This document shows positions 38,034 to 46,568 of a stretch of 64,000 nucleotides of DNA, piece by piece. The notes beneath the pieces were generated by a model. The model did not search any database. It had not been told where the DNA came from and saw only the letters and a program-made list of their open reading frames with translations. The stretch is from a virus. Made by a program: the position numbers and the translations under genes. How positions within the stretch are numbered: the first letter of the stretch is position 1; each line of letters starts with the position of its first letter. The DNA is taken from the IMG/VR virus record IMGVR_UViG_3300026531_000001, positions 1 through 64,000 of that record; one strand, 5' to 3'.

Positions 38034-38513
38034 CTACCACCGCTTCCAGGCCGTCCAGCGGCGCCGGCGCTCCGGTGTGGGCGTGGAGGGGTTTGGCACC
38101 AGCGCCTCCCCCAGCCGGCGATACCAACGACGCGCGGCCCGACGCATGCGGTGATGGAGGCTCCGGGCGTAACCGCGCATCCTCTTGCGGGCCCGAATCG
38201 CCAGCCACCCGCAGCGCTCGCGCAGGGCCGCCGCCAGTTTCGCAGCCCGGGCCATGCGGCGCCGCAGCCCCCACGGCAATGAGCCAGGCACGGTGTACCC
38301 GTTCTTCAGGCCCACTTGGTACCAACGGCGGTAGCGCGCGTTGTGCCGGACCGCCCAACGGTAGGCGATCCGCGCCAGGGGTGCCGGCAGCGTGCCCGTG
38401 ATGCGCTCGAAACGCCACGACCCACCCGCATAGCGCGGGGGCAGGATACCGATCACCTGGGCGGTCAGCACCAGCTGCCGCCGACCAGTATGTGGGTCTT
38501 TCCAGATGTACAT
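38034..38513 (-). CDS. Arg/Trp-rich hypothetical protein
   Basis: AAGGA RBS; highly basic. Confidence 0.45.
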   Translation of the reverse strand: MYIWKDPHTGRRQLVLTAQVIGILPPRYAGGSWRFERITGTLPAPLARIAYRWAVRHNARYRRWYQVGLKNGYTVPGSLPWGLRRRMARAAKLAAALRERCGWLAIRARKRMRGYARSLHHRMRRAARRWYRRLGEALVPNPSTPTPERRRRWTAWKRW

Positions 38514-38545
38514 GCAATCCTTCTTTCTGGCTTGCTCATCTCTCC

Positions 38546-38761
38546 CTATAGACGTATGTCCAGGGCCTCTGCCAAGCCGATGATGTGATGCAGCACTCGC
38601 TCCCCCTTCGGGGTTAGGCGGTCAGCCTCCACTAGACCCTCTTCTTCCCAGAGGAGCCACATAATAGGCGGGCTGACTAAAGTACCGGCACGGGCCGCGA
38701 GCAGATACGGCAGCCCATTCGCCAAATCGAGGCGTTGAATGAGGTCCAGGAGCTCCTTCAT
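38546..38761 (-). CDS. Small winged-helix-like protein
   Basis: GLVE...LTPKG motif; coupled to the upstream gene. Confidence 0.5.
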   Translation of the reverse strand: MKELLDLIQRLDLANGLPYLLAARAGTLVSPPIMWLLWEEEGLVEADRLTPKGERVLHHIIGLAEALDIRL

Positions 38762-39405
38762 ACCGCCTCCAAGTAGTGGGCCCGCTCCGGAAACATGGCG
38801 CGCAGAACGGGCTCGGCTACGCGCTGGTAGGCCGTAATCCCCAACGCGCGCAGCGCTTTGCGCAAGGTCTCTTCACGCACGTCTAGCGCATCGGCGGCAG
38901 CGTGCATCGGCAACGTCCGCGGTAGGGGCTCGAGTAGCCGATACATGAGGTTGCTACGGCTCCACCGCGCCGGAACAACGGCACCATGCTCTGGAATGAT
39001 GACCTCGTCTACACCGCCTTCCACCTCACGGTGGCGGCGAATGCCGTTGTAGCGCTCGCCCCCGTATCCGATGACCACCACCTGATCACCCGGGCGCGGT
39101 ATGAAGCTCATACCAAACTCGCGCAGGTAGTAGTAAATCTTTGACGCCGGAATGTCGAGGTCGCGCTCAACTTCCTCAACGGTGCGCCCATCACGCCGCA
39201 GCAAGGCGTTAATGAGGTGCGCTCGGGCGGGGACGGACGACCACCATATTGTGGCTGCATGGTTGTCCTCACGCGGGCGTTCAGCACGAATAAACCCCAC
39301 CGATTCGGCGTAGGTGGGGCGCTGTTTGACTACAAAGTCGGCCACATCGGGATTGCGCTCAGGATCCCGCCACTCACCCCAAGGGTCCAGATCCCTAGGT
39401 AGCAT
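38758..39405 (-). CDS. HTH-containing DNA-binding protein
   Basis: TVEEVERDLDIPASKIYYYL and MHAAADALDVREETLRKAL. Confidence 0.6.
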   Translation of the reverse strand: MLPRDLDPWGEWRDPERNPDVADFVVKQRPTYAESVGFIRAERPREDNHAATIWWSSVPARAHLINALLRRDGRTVEEVERDLDIPASKIYYYLREFGMSFIPRPGDQVVVIGYGGERYNGIRRHREVEGGVDEVIIPEHGAVVPARWSRSNLMYRLLEPLPRTLPMHAAADALDVREETLRKALRALGITAYQRVAEPVLRAMFPERAHYLEAV

Positions 39406-39616
39406 CCGCCCCCCTGAGAGCCCTTTGCAGCTTGAGCAGCGTACTGCCCCTAGCCCGCTTCAGTGCGTCGGGGCTGCTCCGGTACTGATACAAGGTCGAG
39501 CGCCCGATACCGGTTTGCGCCGCCAGCGCGTCAACCTCTGCGCCATCCATGGCAGCCAAAGCCCTATAAATCGCCCCCAGGCGGATTGTGTCGTCATTGG
39601 AAGTCTGCTGCTTCAT
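39395..39616 (-). CDS. Cro-like HTH regulator
   Basis: VDALAAQTGIGRSTLYQY; divergent from the repressor; start reassigned. Confidence 0.65.
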   Translation of the reverse strand: MKQQTSNDDTIRLGAIYRALAAMDGAEVDALAAQTGIGRSTLYQYRSSPDALKRARGSTLLKLQRALRGADAT

Positions 39617-39748
39617 GTGTCTTATTTTACAGACAGACAGACAGGCGGGCAAGATGGCCAGCATAGCCATTCGTCTTGAATAATCCGATATACTGGACTA
39701 AACTAGTAAACAAGACGCGCGTGAGAGCGCATAGCCAGGGGGGGGCTA

Positions 39749-40381
39749 ATGACACAACGACGACCGCTAGGGCAACTAATACGCGAACGGATGGAGTCGC
39801 GCAAGCTCAGTTTGCGCGACGTTGATGCACTCAGCCGGGGTTTGGCCGAAAAACAACCAGAGCTGTACGAAAGAATATCGCGGCCGACACTGCATGCGCT
39901 CATTCAGGATGAGGGGGCAACGCGAACGCTATCGCCGGCGCGCCTACGCACGCTTGTAGCGCTCCTATGGGACGGCCACTACGAAGACTTCGTGAGCGAA
40001 ACGGGCCTCGCCATCGTGGCCCCCGGAGAAGAACCAACGACCGGTCGCGTTGCGGTTACTGTGCCCGTATATCTCGAGGGCGAATCGGCGGCGGCCGGAG
40101 CCCCGAGGCGGGAGGAGCCAACGTACCCATGCGACATGCTCTATGTGGCCACATCACGCCGCATCCGCTGCTTGCCTGAGGGCGAACCGGTGGGCGTGCG
40201 CGCTACCGACCGCATCGAGAAGGGCGACTTGGTGATCATCGAGCGCTTGGGCAACGGCCTCGAGGCGGTGTGGTCCACGGAGTCAGGGTTTGTGTACGAT
40301 GACGAGCCAGCGGCACCTCCAAAACCGAGCGACCGTGTGGTAGGGGTGGTCGCATGGATCGTGCCAAAGCGGACGGAATGA
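39749..40381 (+). CDS. CI-like repressor (XRE HTH plus degenerate S24-like C-terminus)
   Basis: LGQLIRERMESRKLSLRDV...ISRPTL; GDLVII...VVGVV. Confidence 0.7.
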   Translation: MTQRRPLGQLIRERMESRKLSLRDVDALSRGLAEKQPELYERISRPTLHALIQDEGATRTLSPARLRTLVALLWDGHYEDFVSETGLAIVAPGEEPTTGRVAVTVPVYLEGESAAAGAPRREEPTYPCDMLYVATSRRIRCLPEGEPVGVRATDRIEKGDLVIIERLGNGLEAVWSTESGFVYDDEPAAPPKPSDRVVGVVAWIVPKRTE

Positions 40382-41190
40382 TGATCATCGCCATCGCAGC
40401 CGAGAAGGGCGGGGTAGGGAAGACCACCACCGCCGTCAACCTTTCCGCCTACTTAGCCGAACGCGCAGGCAAAGTGCTACTGGTAGACATGGACTCACAG
40501 GGGCAGGCAGGCATGTTCCTGGGGTTCACTACAGAGGGCGAAGACCGTGCGGGCATGTATGAACTGCTCGTATTTTCGGACCCCCTTTCGCCCATCTATC
40601 GCCCCGCAGAAGAACTCATCACACTAAGCGTGCGGCCTGGGCTCGACCTGATCCCCAACAACCCGCGCATTGCTCAAGCCGAGTTGGAGATCGCCGGGCG
40701 CGAGAACAGGCACATGATCCTGGCCGACCGCTTGCGCGAGGTGAGCGACCGGTACAAGGCCGTGGTGATTGACGTGGGCCCCACAGTCAACCTGGCCAGC
40801 CTGTTGGCCCTGTACGCGGCAGACGCCGTGATCGTGCCCGTAGCTCCCGGTGCCGCCACGCGCGCGGGTGTAGAGGGGCTCAGGACGCGGCTCAGGGCCA
40901 TGCGCGACCGGTTGGAGTACGCCCCGGCGCTCATGGGGGTGCTCGCCACCATGATTGACCGGCGCGAAAAGCTCTCGCGCAACTTGATCCCAGATCTGCA
41001 AGAGAACTACGGTCCCCTCTACGCCGGCCACATCCGCCGCAACGTCCACCTAGCCGAAGCACCGGAGCGGGGCTTGACCATCTTCGAGTACAAACCCAAC
41101 TCGCCCGGGGCCATTGACTACATGGCGCTAGGCGACTGGGTGCTCGAGCGCCTGAACCGCGCGGAGGGAGGAGAGCAGCATGCCCAATAA
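40378..41190 (+). CDS. parA: ParA/Soj partition ATPase
   Basis: KGGVGKTTT, VDMDSQG, IDVGP and IRRNVHLAEAP motifs. Confidence 0.92.
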   Translation: MMIIAIAAEKGGVGKTTTAVNLSAYLAERAGKVLLVDMDSQGQAGMFLGFTTEGEDRAGMYELLVFSDPLSPIYRPAEELITLSVRPGLDLIPNNPRIAQAELEIAGRENRHMILADRLREVSDRYKAVVIDVGPTVNLASLLALYAADAVIVPVAPGAATRAGVEGLRTRLRAMRDRLEYAPALMGVLATMIDRREKLSRNLIPDLQENYGPLYAGHIRRNVHLAEAPERGLTIFEYKPNSPGAIDYMALGDWVLERLNRAEGGEQHAQ

Positions 41191-41596
41191 ATACCAGTAC
41201 GAAGGGCTTATGGGCAGCGATGCTGGTAAGCCGACCGGCCCGAAAGGGCAGCTGCGCCGGGTCGTGTCCTACAAGGTGCCTGAGGATCTGTATACCGAAC
41301 TAAAGCTCGCCGCGCTGGCCGAAGGACTAACCATTCAGGGTTTCGTCGAACGAGCCCTTGCCGACTTCTTGCGGGAAATCCGCCGCAAGCCCGACGCCCT
41401 GCCACGTTATCTGCGCAACCCGCGCCCCTACGACTCGGTACGCAGCCAGCGGCTGCCGGTGGAGCTGGTTAACGTCCTGCACGATACGGTAGAGCGGCTG
41501 AACAAGCAGCGCAAAGAAAAGATCACGCAGAACAGCGTGATCCTCACGGCCATTGAGCGGGCGGTTAGATCCCGCAACGCTACAAAAGCGTCCTAA
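41180..41596 (+). CDS. Tandem ribbon-helix-helix protein (ParG-like partner)
   Basis: VSYKVPEDLYTELKLAA..EGLTIQ and SQRLPVEL...ITQNSVI; coupled to parA. Confidence 0.7.
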   Translation: MPNKYQYEGLMGSDAGKPTGPKGQLRRVVSYKVPEDLYTELKLAALAEGLTIQGFVERALADFLREIRRKPDALPRYLRNPRPYDSVRSQRLPVELVNVLHDTVERLNKQRKEKITQNSVILTAIERAVRSRNATKAS

Positions 41597-41784
41597 ATCT
41601 GAGCCAATAGCTTTCTTACCTTCGCTTGCGCGGCAGGGGGGAGGGTTTGCATTTTTTTCTGAACTACTTGAACCGCCGCAAGGATGTCAAACGTGGTTAG
41701 CTCGTGTGTCAGATGGCCCTCAGTTGCGTTTATCAACTCCCGCGCCTCGCTAGTTTCGGCTATGTTTATATCTTTCACGTTCAT
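41593..41784 (-). CDS. 63-aa helical protein, candidate effector of the peptide system
   Basis: Leaderless TACGAT-6nt-ATG. Confidence 0.6.
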   Translation of the reverse strand: MNVKDINIAETSEARELINATEGHLTHELTTFDILAAVQVVQKKMQTLPPAAQAKVRKLLAQI

Positions 41785-41796
41785 GGCCTAATCGTA

Positions 41797-41872
41797 GCAC
41801 CCACTGCATGGGCAATGGGTGCTTTTGGTGCACGAATAATAACAGTCCCGTAACAGTCGTTTAGTAACAGCC
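41797..41872. promoter_or_regulatory. Inverted repeat (41797-41822) plus three TAACAG direct repeats (41840, 41851, 41865)
   Basis: GCACCCA-c-TGC-atgg-GCA-a-TGGGTGC; TAACAGTC twice at 11-bp spacing, then TAACAGCC. Confidence 0.6.
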
Positions 41873-41953
41873 AGGGCACGGATCCGCCAAAACGTGCGAG
41901 AGCATGAGACCTAGAGCCAGTAGAAGGAGTACGGTTGCAGCTACTCGTTTCAT
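41861..41953 (-). CDS. Secreted pro-peptide MKRVAATVLLLLALGLMLSHVLA|DPCPGCY (putative signalling peptide)
   Basis: Hand-translated; basic n-region, hydrophobic h-region, V-L-A SPase I site; TAGGGT-6nt-ATG leaderless start. Confidence 0.8.
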   Translation of the reverse strand: MKRVAATVLLLLALGLMLSHVLADPCPGCY

Positions 41954-41962
41954 GGCTGTACC

Positions 41963-43399
41963 CTAGACGCTCTTGTGGACAGAACGCAACACAGGGGCGC
42001 GGCCTTCGATCTCATCGAGGACACTAGACCACGCAGACGCCTGCCTGCGGTGCAATTCGCTGGCCCGGTGGTACATTGCCCGGGCCACCCGGTGCAGCGT
42101 TCCCAGGTTCACCACGCGCTCAGGGGAAAGCCCCTCACGCTCGAGGTAACGGCGGTAGCGAGACACTTGGGCATTGTATGCCTTCGGCAGGTCTTCTGTC
42201 GCCCCGCCGGCGGCCTCGAGGAGCATGCGGCGCGTTAGGTTGTCGGGCGCCTTGATTGTAGACCCGTTACGCACGACCTTGCCTTCGGTCAGAAGCGGCA
42301 ACGATGCAAAGGCACCGGCCAAATCGGGGTGCGCTTCGGGGTGAATGGATAACGCCCCAAGTGCGTCGGGCATATATACCGCCATCGCTCGCAAAACACC
42401 GGTAGCCGACACTAGTTCGCCCATGGCATCATTAGCGGTATATATCACCTGCAGCGGGTCATACGGCGTGAACGCATCGCCGCCCACGGCACCGAAGGCA
42501 ACGAGTGCGACCCCAGCCCAGAAGATGCGCTGGTCGGGGTAGGCCGGCGGTTTTTCGCCGATGTGCCGTACGGCCGCGCTGGGATGCCCACGGCGGATCA
42601 TCCCGTAGGCGCGCAACACACGGGCATAGTCGTGATAGGGGGGTGTTTCGATCAGCCCCGGCATAAACGACCGGTCAAGAAGCGCACGCGCTAGTCGTTC
42701 CTGGTGGCTGTCTCCCTCCGGGGGTTCGATTCCTTCGATACACGCTAGCGCACCAGCCAAGGCGCGGATCGGCGGGTCTTCGTTTGCGTCGCGATATGCG
42801 CGCTCATAATCCCCGCGACCGAGCCGCATCTCAACCAAGGTTCGTAACCCCCAGCTACGCAGTCGCGGGTGCTTGCTGCGCAACTCAGCCCATACCCTGG
42901 CCATGGCGTCGGGGTCAGGTGCTCCCATCAGACCCCGAATGCGCAGTTCGTCTGCTCGCAGCATCGGCATGCGCTGCGTGAGCCGCAGCACTCGAGCTAT
43001 ATACGACGCCACGAAGTAGTAACCAAGTGCCTCATAGAAGCGTTTAAGTTCAGTGGCCGCCAACCCGCGCGCCACGGCATCGTACATGGAGTCTTCGAGC
43101 TCGAGGGGGGTCAATACGTCTACCGGGGCCGGCTCAGACGCTAGCACGCGCTCATACGCCCCGACACCCACCCGGGCCAACCGCCGGAGCCCATAAGCCG
43201 GCGGCCCTTCGGCCGGATCGAGTTCGTGAAGGGCATCGTAAAAGCGCCCTTCGCGCATTAGCAATATGGCGCGGCGAGCACGCACGATTGAGTCGTTGTG
43301 GTCAAACCCGTCTAAGTCGCTCAGTTTGAGCGTGTACCCGATAGCGTCCCAGCGGGCAGGATCTTGCAAGTCGTCATAAGTTATCGCTGCTACTGCCAT
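41963..43399 (-). CDS. TPR-like helical protein with possible C-terminal DNA-binding helix (putative peptide receptor)
   Basis: Repeated helices GRFYDAL, KRFYEALGYY, GDYERAY, GHPSAAV; NAQVSRYRRYL near the C-terminus. Confidence 0.6.
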   Translation of the reverse strand: MAVAAITYDDLQDPARWDAIGYTLKLSDLDGFDHNDSIVRARRAILLMREGRFYDALHELDPAEGPPAYGLRRLARVGVGAYERVLASEPAPVDVLTPLELEDSMYDAVARGLAATELKRFYEALGYYFVASYIARVLRLTQRMPMLRADELRIRGLMGAPDPDAMARVWAELRSKHPRLRSWGLRTLVEMRLGRGDYERAYRDANEDPPIRALAGALACIEGIEPPEGDSHQERLARALLDRSFMPGLIETPPYHDYARVLRAYGMIRRGHPSAAVRHIGEKPPAYPDQRIFWAGVALVAFGAVGGDAFTPYDPLQVIYTANDAMGELVSATGVLRAMAVYMPDALGALSIHPEAHPDLAGAFASLPLLTEGKVVRNGSTIKAPDNLTRRMLLEAAGGATEDLPKAYNAQVSRYRRYLEREGLSPERVVNLGTLHRVARAMYHRASELHRRQASAWSSVLDEIEGRAPVLRSVHKSV

Positions 43400-44175
43400 A
43401 CTGTGATCTCACGCTCCCTGAAGTTTTTACCATGTTTGAACGCCAAAACCACTACGGGCTTGAGACGATCCCATATCCGCCCCCCAAGGTACTGCTCGAG
43501 GGAGCCGCTGCGGGTGCTTTTTGCACCAACCGGCAAGTTGGTGGTGATGAGCGTGGGGCGCTGTGCCTGGTTGCGCGCCTCGAGCGCTAGGTAGAGCAGG
43601 CGCCGCTCGAGTTCCGCATTGCGCGTTTCGCCGGCCCCCACATCATCGAGGAGCAGCAGGTCAGGGGCGCTCATGAGCCGTATGGCCTCATTTTCGGAAA
43701 TGCCCTTCCCACCATTCCAGGTCGAGCGCACCTCAACCCCCAAACGACCAATATTGACCACGCGCGCCTCATAACCTGCGCGCACCGCCGCCTTTATCAA
43801 GAGCAGCGCGCTTTGCGTTTTTCCTGATCCGACGGGACCCGTGAACACAGCCGATTCGCCCCGCTGGATCAGATCGCCGACCTTTTCGGCTACCCGCCGT
43901 ATCTTCGGTAGCGGCGGCACCATTTCCAGGTCGTCCCACTCGATTTCTAAGTAACGTTCAGCGATGCCTGCATTCTGCAAACGGCGTTTGAGCATGGCCT
44001 CTGCCTTGCGCGCTTGGCAAATGGGGCAAACCACCCATTGGCCCTCTTCGTTCTCAATCATGCCGTCAGAACATACGTGGTCGCTCTCGGGCGGCTGTGT
44101 TTGTTGTACCGTTCGAGTTTTTAGCTCGGCCAGGAAGGGGTTGATCGTTTCCGCCGCGCGCTTCGCCTCACCCAT
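43390..44175 (-). CDS. DnaC/IstB-like helicase loader ATPase
   Basis: C...CPIC, GPVGSGKT, LLLLDDVG, ITTN and RIWDRL motifs. Confidence 0.88.
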   Translation of the reverse strand: MGEAKRAAETINPFLAELKTRTVQQTQPPESDHVCSDGMIENEEGQWVVCPICQARKAEAMLKRRLQNAGIAERYLEIEWDDLEMVPPLPKIRRVAEKVGDLIQRGESAVFTGPVGSGKTQSALLLIKAAVRAGYEARVVNIGRLGVEVRSTWNGGKGISENEAIRLMSAPDLLLLDDVGAGETRNAELERRLLYLALEARNQAQRPTLITTNLPVGAKSTRSGSLEQYLGGRIWDRLKPVVVLAFKHGKNFREREITVWQ

Positions 44176-44176
44176 G

Positions 44177-45223
44177 TCACTCCTCCTCGATGTAAACGCC
44201 CCGCATGTCCACATCTACGCCGTCGGAGGCGGCGGCAGGAGCCACGACCGCCCCCGATCGTCGAACCCGGCGGCCCGATTTCGGATCGTCACGAACGACG
44301 CTGATGATCCAGGAAAACGGGTGCTGCACGTCAGGCGCGAGCGCCAAACGCTCGACTGCGGTTTTTACCCTCTCGGCGCCGTCGTCATAGTCCGCAACGA
44401 CGCGCGAGAGCTGATCCAGCCAGTCATGCCATGCACGCGCCGAGCGCGCCTCGCGGCGGAGCGCCTTTAAGCCATCCCAGGCATCCGCTTCGAGCAGGGC
44501 GGCCAACATCTGAGCGCGAAGTTCTGGCGCGCCGCGCAGCGCATCATGGAGTACGCGGTCGGCCATCGCCTCCGGGCGCGCGAAGGCGGCGCGGAACGTT
44601 TGAATCGCCGCCAAGGGTTCGCGCGCGCTCCCGTGGTGGGAACCCTGCGCCCCTGGGTCGGGTTGAGCGGGCGTGTCCCTCGATGTTTCATGAGCTGGAT
44701 GAGTGGAGGTAACATCTTCTTCTTCTTCTTCCTTTGTCTTTTTCTCTAGGTCTTTTTCTATTTGTTTTTTTCGGCCGGGATTTTGGGCCTGTTTTTCCCG
44801 TCCAGCACGCGCGCTGTCATGCGCACCATAGGTCTCTCTCTGAGACCCATTAGGTCTCTCTCTGAGACCTATGGGGTCTCTGTGTGATACGTATCCCCCT
44901 GATACGTCTCTCTCTGAGACCTGTTTCACGGTTGGAGTTTGGAGGATTTGATAGACGTTCCGCTTCCCGTCGCGCCAACGGGACACATAGCCGTGCTCTT
45001 CAAGTTGCTTCAGGGCGCGGAACACGGCCGCTCGGCTGATGCCCGTCAAGCGCTCAATGGTTTCGATTTTCGGCCATGCCTGGCGGTCTCGATCCGAGAA
45101 CCGGAGCAGGACGATGTATACCACCGCAGCATGCGGGCCCATTTGCGCCAGGTGGCCATGGTCTACGAAGTCGTTGGGGGCCCACCAAAACCCGCGTGTC
45201 CTGCCATCCTCAAGCCGATCCAT
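44177..45223 (-). CDS. Replication initiator (N-terminal winged HTH)
   Basis: AWPKIETIERLTGISRAAVFRALKQLEEHGYV; internal iterons; upstream of the loader. Confidence 0.82.
   Translation of the reverse strand: MDRLEDGRTRGFWWAPNDFVDHGHLAQMGPHAAVVYIVLLRFSDRDRQAWPKIETIERLTGISRAAVFRALKQLEEHGYVSRWRDGKRNVYQILQTPTVKQVSERDVSGGYVSHRDPIGLRERPNGSQRETYGAHDSARAGREKQAQNPGRKKQIEKDLEKKTKEEEEEDVTSTHPAHETSRDTPAQPDPGAQGSHHGSAREPLAAIQTFRAAFARPEAMADRVLHDALRGAPELRAQMLAALLEADAWDGLKALRREARSARAWHDWLDQLSRVVADYDDGAERVKTAVERLALAPDVQHPFSWIISVVRDDPKSGRRVRRSGAVVAPAAASDGVDVDMRGVYIEEE
44716..44921. repeat. Putative origin: iterons GTCTCTCTCTGAGACC plus T-rich tract
   Basis: Copies at 44832, 44854, 44876 (degenerate) and 44906; T-rich 44716-44772. 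Confidence 0.75.
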
Positions 45224-45224
45224 G

Positions 45225-45668
45225 TCACGCCCCCAGTTCGTCCCACCGCAAGCGGCCGTTGGCAACGAGCTCAGCCGCGTCAACGAGGGCCCAGATTTCC
45301 GCCGAGGACAGCGCGCGAATGCCATCCGCTGGAACGGAAATATCCCCGCGCTCAGCAGCTTCGATGAGGATGTGCGGCGCGACTGCTAGGGCCTCAGGGA
45401 GATCGAGGATTGGGTTAGCGACGAGGACGCGCCCCATTTGTTCGAGCGCGTCCTGCGAAAAACGGCCGACCAGCTCGCGGCGACCGGTTTCGAGGAGGGC
45501 GTAGTAGCGCCCGAGGTCGCGCCGCGCAACGGCCGAATAGCCGCTATCGGCGGTCGTTCGCAGTTCGATGTCGGGGCCAGGCCGCACGCTGGTGATGCGC
45601 ACAGCGGCCGTCGGGACGCGCCTAGCTGGAGCGGTTGTATCTTTCGGTGATTTGTGCGTCGTCTCCAT
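45225..45668 (-). CDS. Putative regulator (ARRDL.RYY family)
   Basis: ARRDLGRYYALLETGRRELVGRFS...ALVDA. Confidence 0.6.
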   Translation of the reverse strand: METTHKSPKDTTAPARRVPTAAVRITSVRPGPDIELRTTADSGYSAVARRDLGRYYALLETGRRELVGRFSQDALEQMGRVLVANPILDLPEALAVAPHILIEAAERGDISVPADGIRALSSAEIWALVDAAELVANGRLRWDELGA

Positions 45669-45766
45669 TTCGAGACCAGTCTATGCACATGCCTAGGCGT
45701 CTGTCAACCCCGCGTCAAATGCTTGCAATCCAGAGTAGTGGACGGTAGATTGAAGGAGGGGGTCGA

Positions 45767-46177
45767 ATGGACAGACAAACAAGCAGCCAAGCAAGCAAGA
45801 TTGGCCCGTACCCGAGACTGCGCGGAGGGCGGCAGCTATTTACGCGCGACGGGGAAACGCTTCTTGTCGAAGACGATCTGCCGCGGGCGCTCTATGTTGT
45901 TTCTGTTGGTGCGGACGGGGAAAATGCACGTATTCTCTCAGGGCCCTTTAGCGAAGAGCGGCGTGCCATTTACCGCGCGCTACTTGATGAGAGCTTTCTT
46001 GGCATTAGCGGAGTGGCCATTCTCGACCTGCGTGAACACGATGCGGAAGGGAACCCGATAGACTGGGTGGATCCAGAACAGGAGGCTAGGCGGCGTGCAA
46101 TAGAGCGCGACCTTGATCGGGGCTCATGGGCGGAGGGCGACTATTGGCAACTAGTCGAAGCGGGGGAGATAGCATAA
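45767..46177 (+). CDS. Hypothetical protein
   Basis: TTGCAA-17-TAGATT promoter; AAGGAGG RBS. Confidence 0.6.
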   Translation: MDRQTSSQASKIGPYPRLRGGRQLFTRDGETLLVEDDLPRALYVVSVGADGENARILSGPFSEERRAIYRALLDESFLGISGVAILDLREHDAEGNPIDWVDPEQEARRRAIERDLDRGSWAEGDYWQLVEAGEIA

Positions 46178-46304
46178 TCTGATAATCCCTCTTATCGTCA
46201 GACGGCACCACTAGATACGTTGAATGCAATAAAGCCCCGGTGCAATAGGCGCGACAGGGGACACAGAGGAAGCAGGGCCTGAAATACCCGGCCCTGCTTC
46301 GTTT

Positions 46305-46379
46305 TGGTAGCGGGAGCGGGAATCGAACCCGCGACCTCCAGGGTATGGGCCTGGCGAGCTACCGCTGCTCCATCCCGCA
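46305..46379 (-). tRNA. tRNA-Met(CAT), initiator-like
   Basis: TGCGGGATGGAGCAGCGGTAGCTCG CCAGG-CCCATAC-CCTGG...GGTTCGATTCC...ACCA; 1:72 mismatch. Confidence 0.88.
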
Positions 46380-46383
46380 GCAT

Positions 46384-46473
46384 TGGCGGTGGGGGCAGGA
46401 TTTGAACCTGCGGCGCCCCAGAGGGCGCGCCCGGTTAGCAACCGGGTGCCTTAAGCCGCTCAGCCACCCCACC
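46384..46473 (-). tRNA. tRNA-Ser(GCT)
   Basis: CCCGG-TTGCTAA-CCGGG, long variable arm, G73, CCA. Confidence 0.92.
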
Positions 46474-46568
46474 GGAGCCCCGTTCACCCCTACGCCTAGC
46501 CACCTGGGGGGGGGTGGACAAGGCGGCAAGCCGGCATACACCGACGGTTCGGCGTAGGGGGTAGGGGT

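Noticed and set aside
44832-44921. Repeats as a CRISPR mini-array
   Set aside because: 16-bp units with ~6-bp gaps inside the initiator gene; no cas genes; fits iterons
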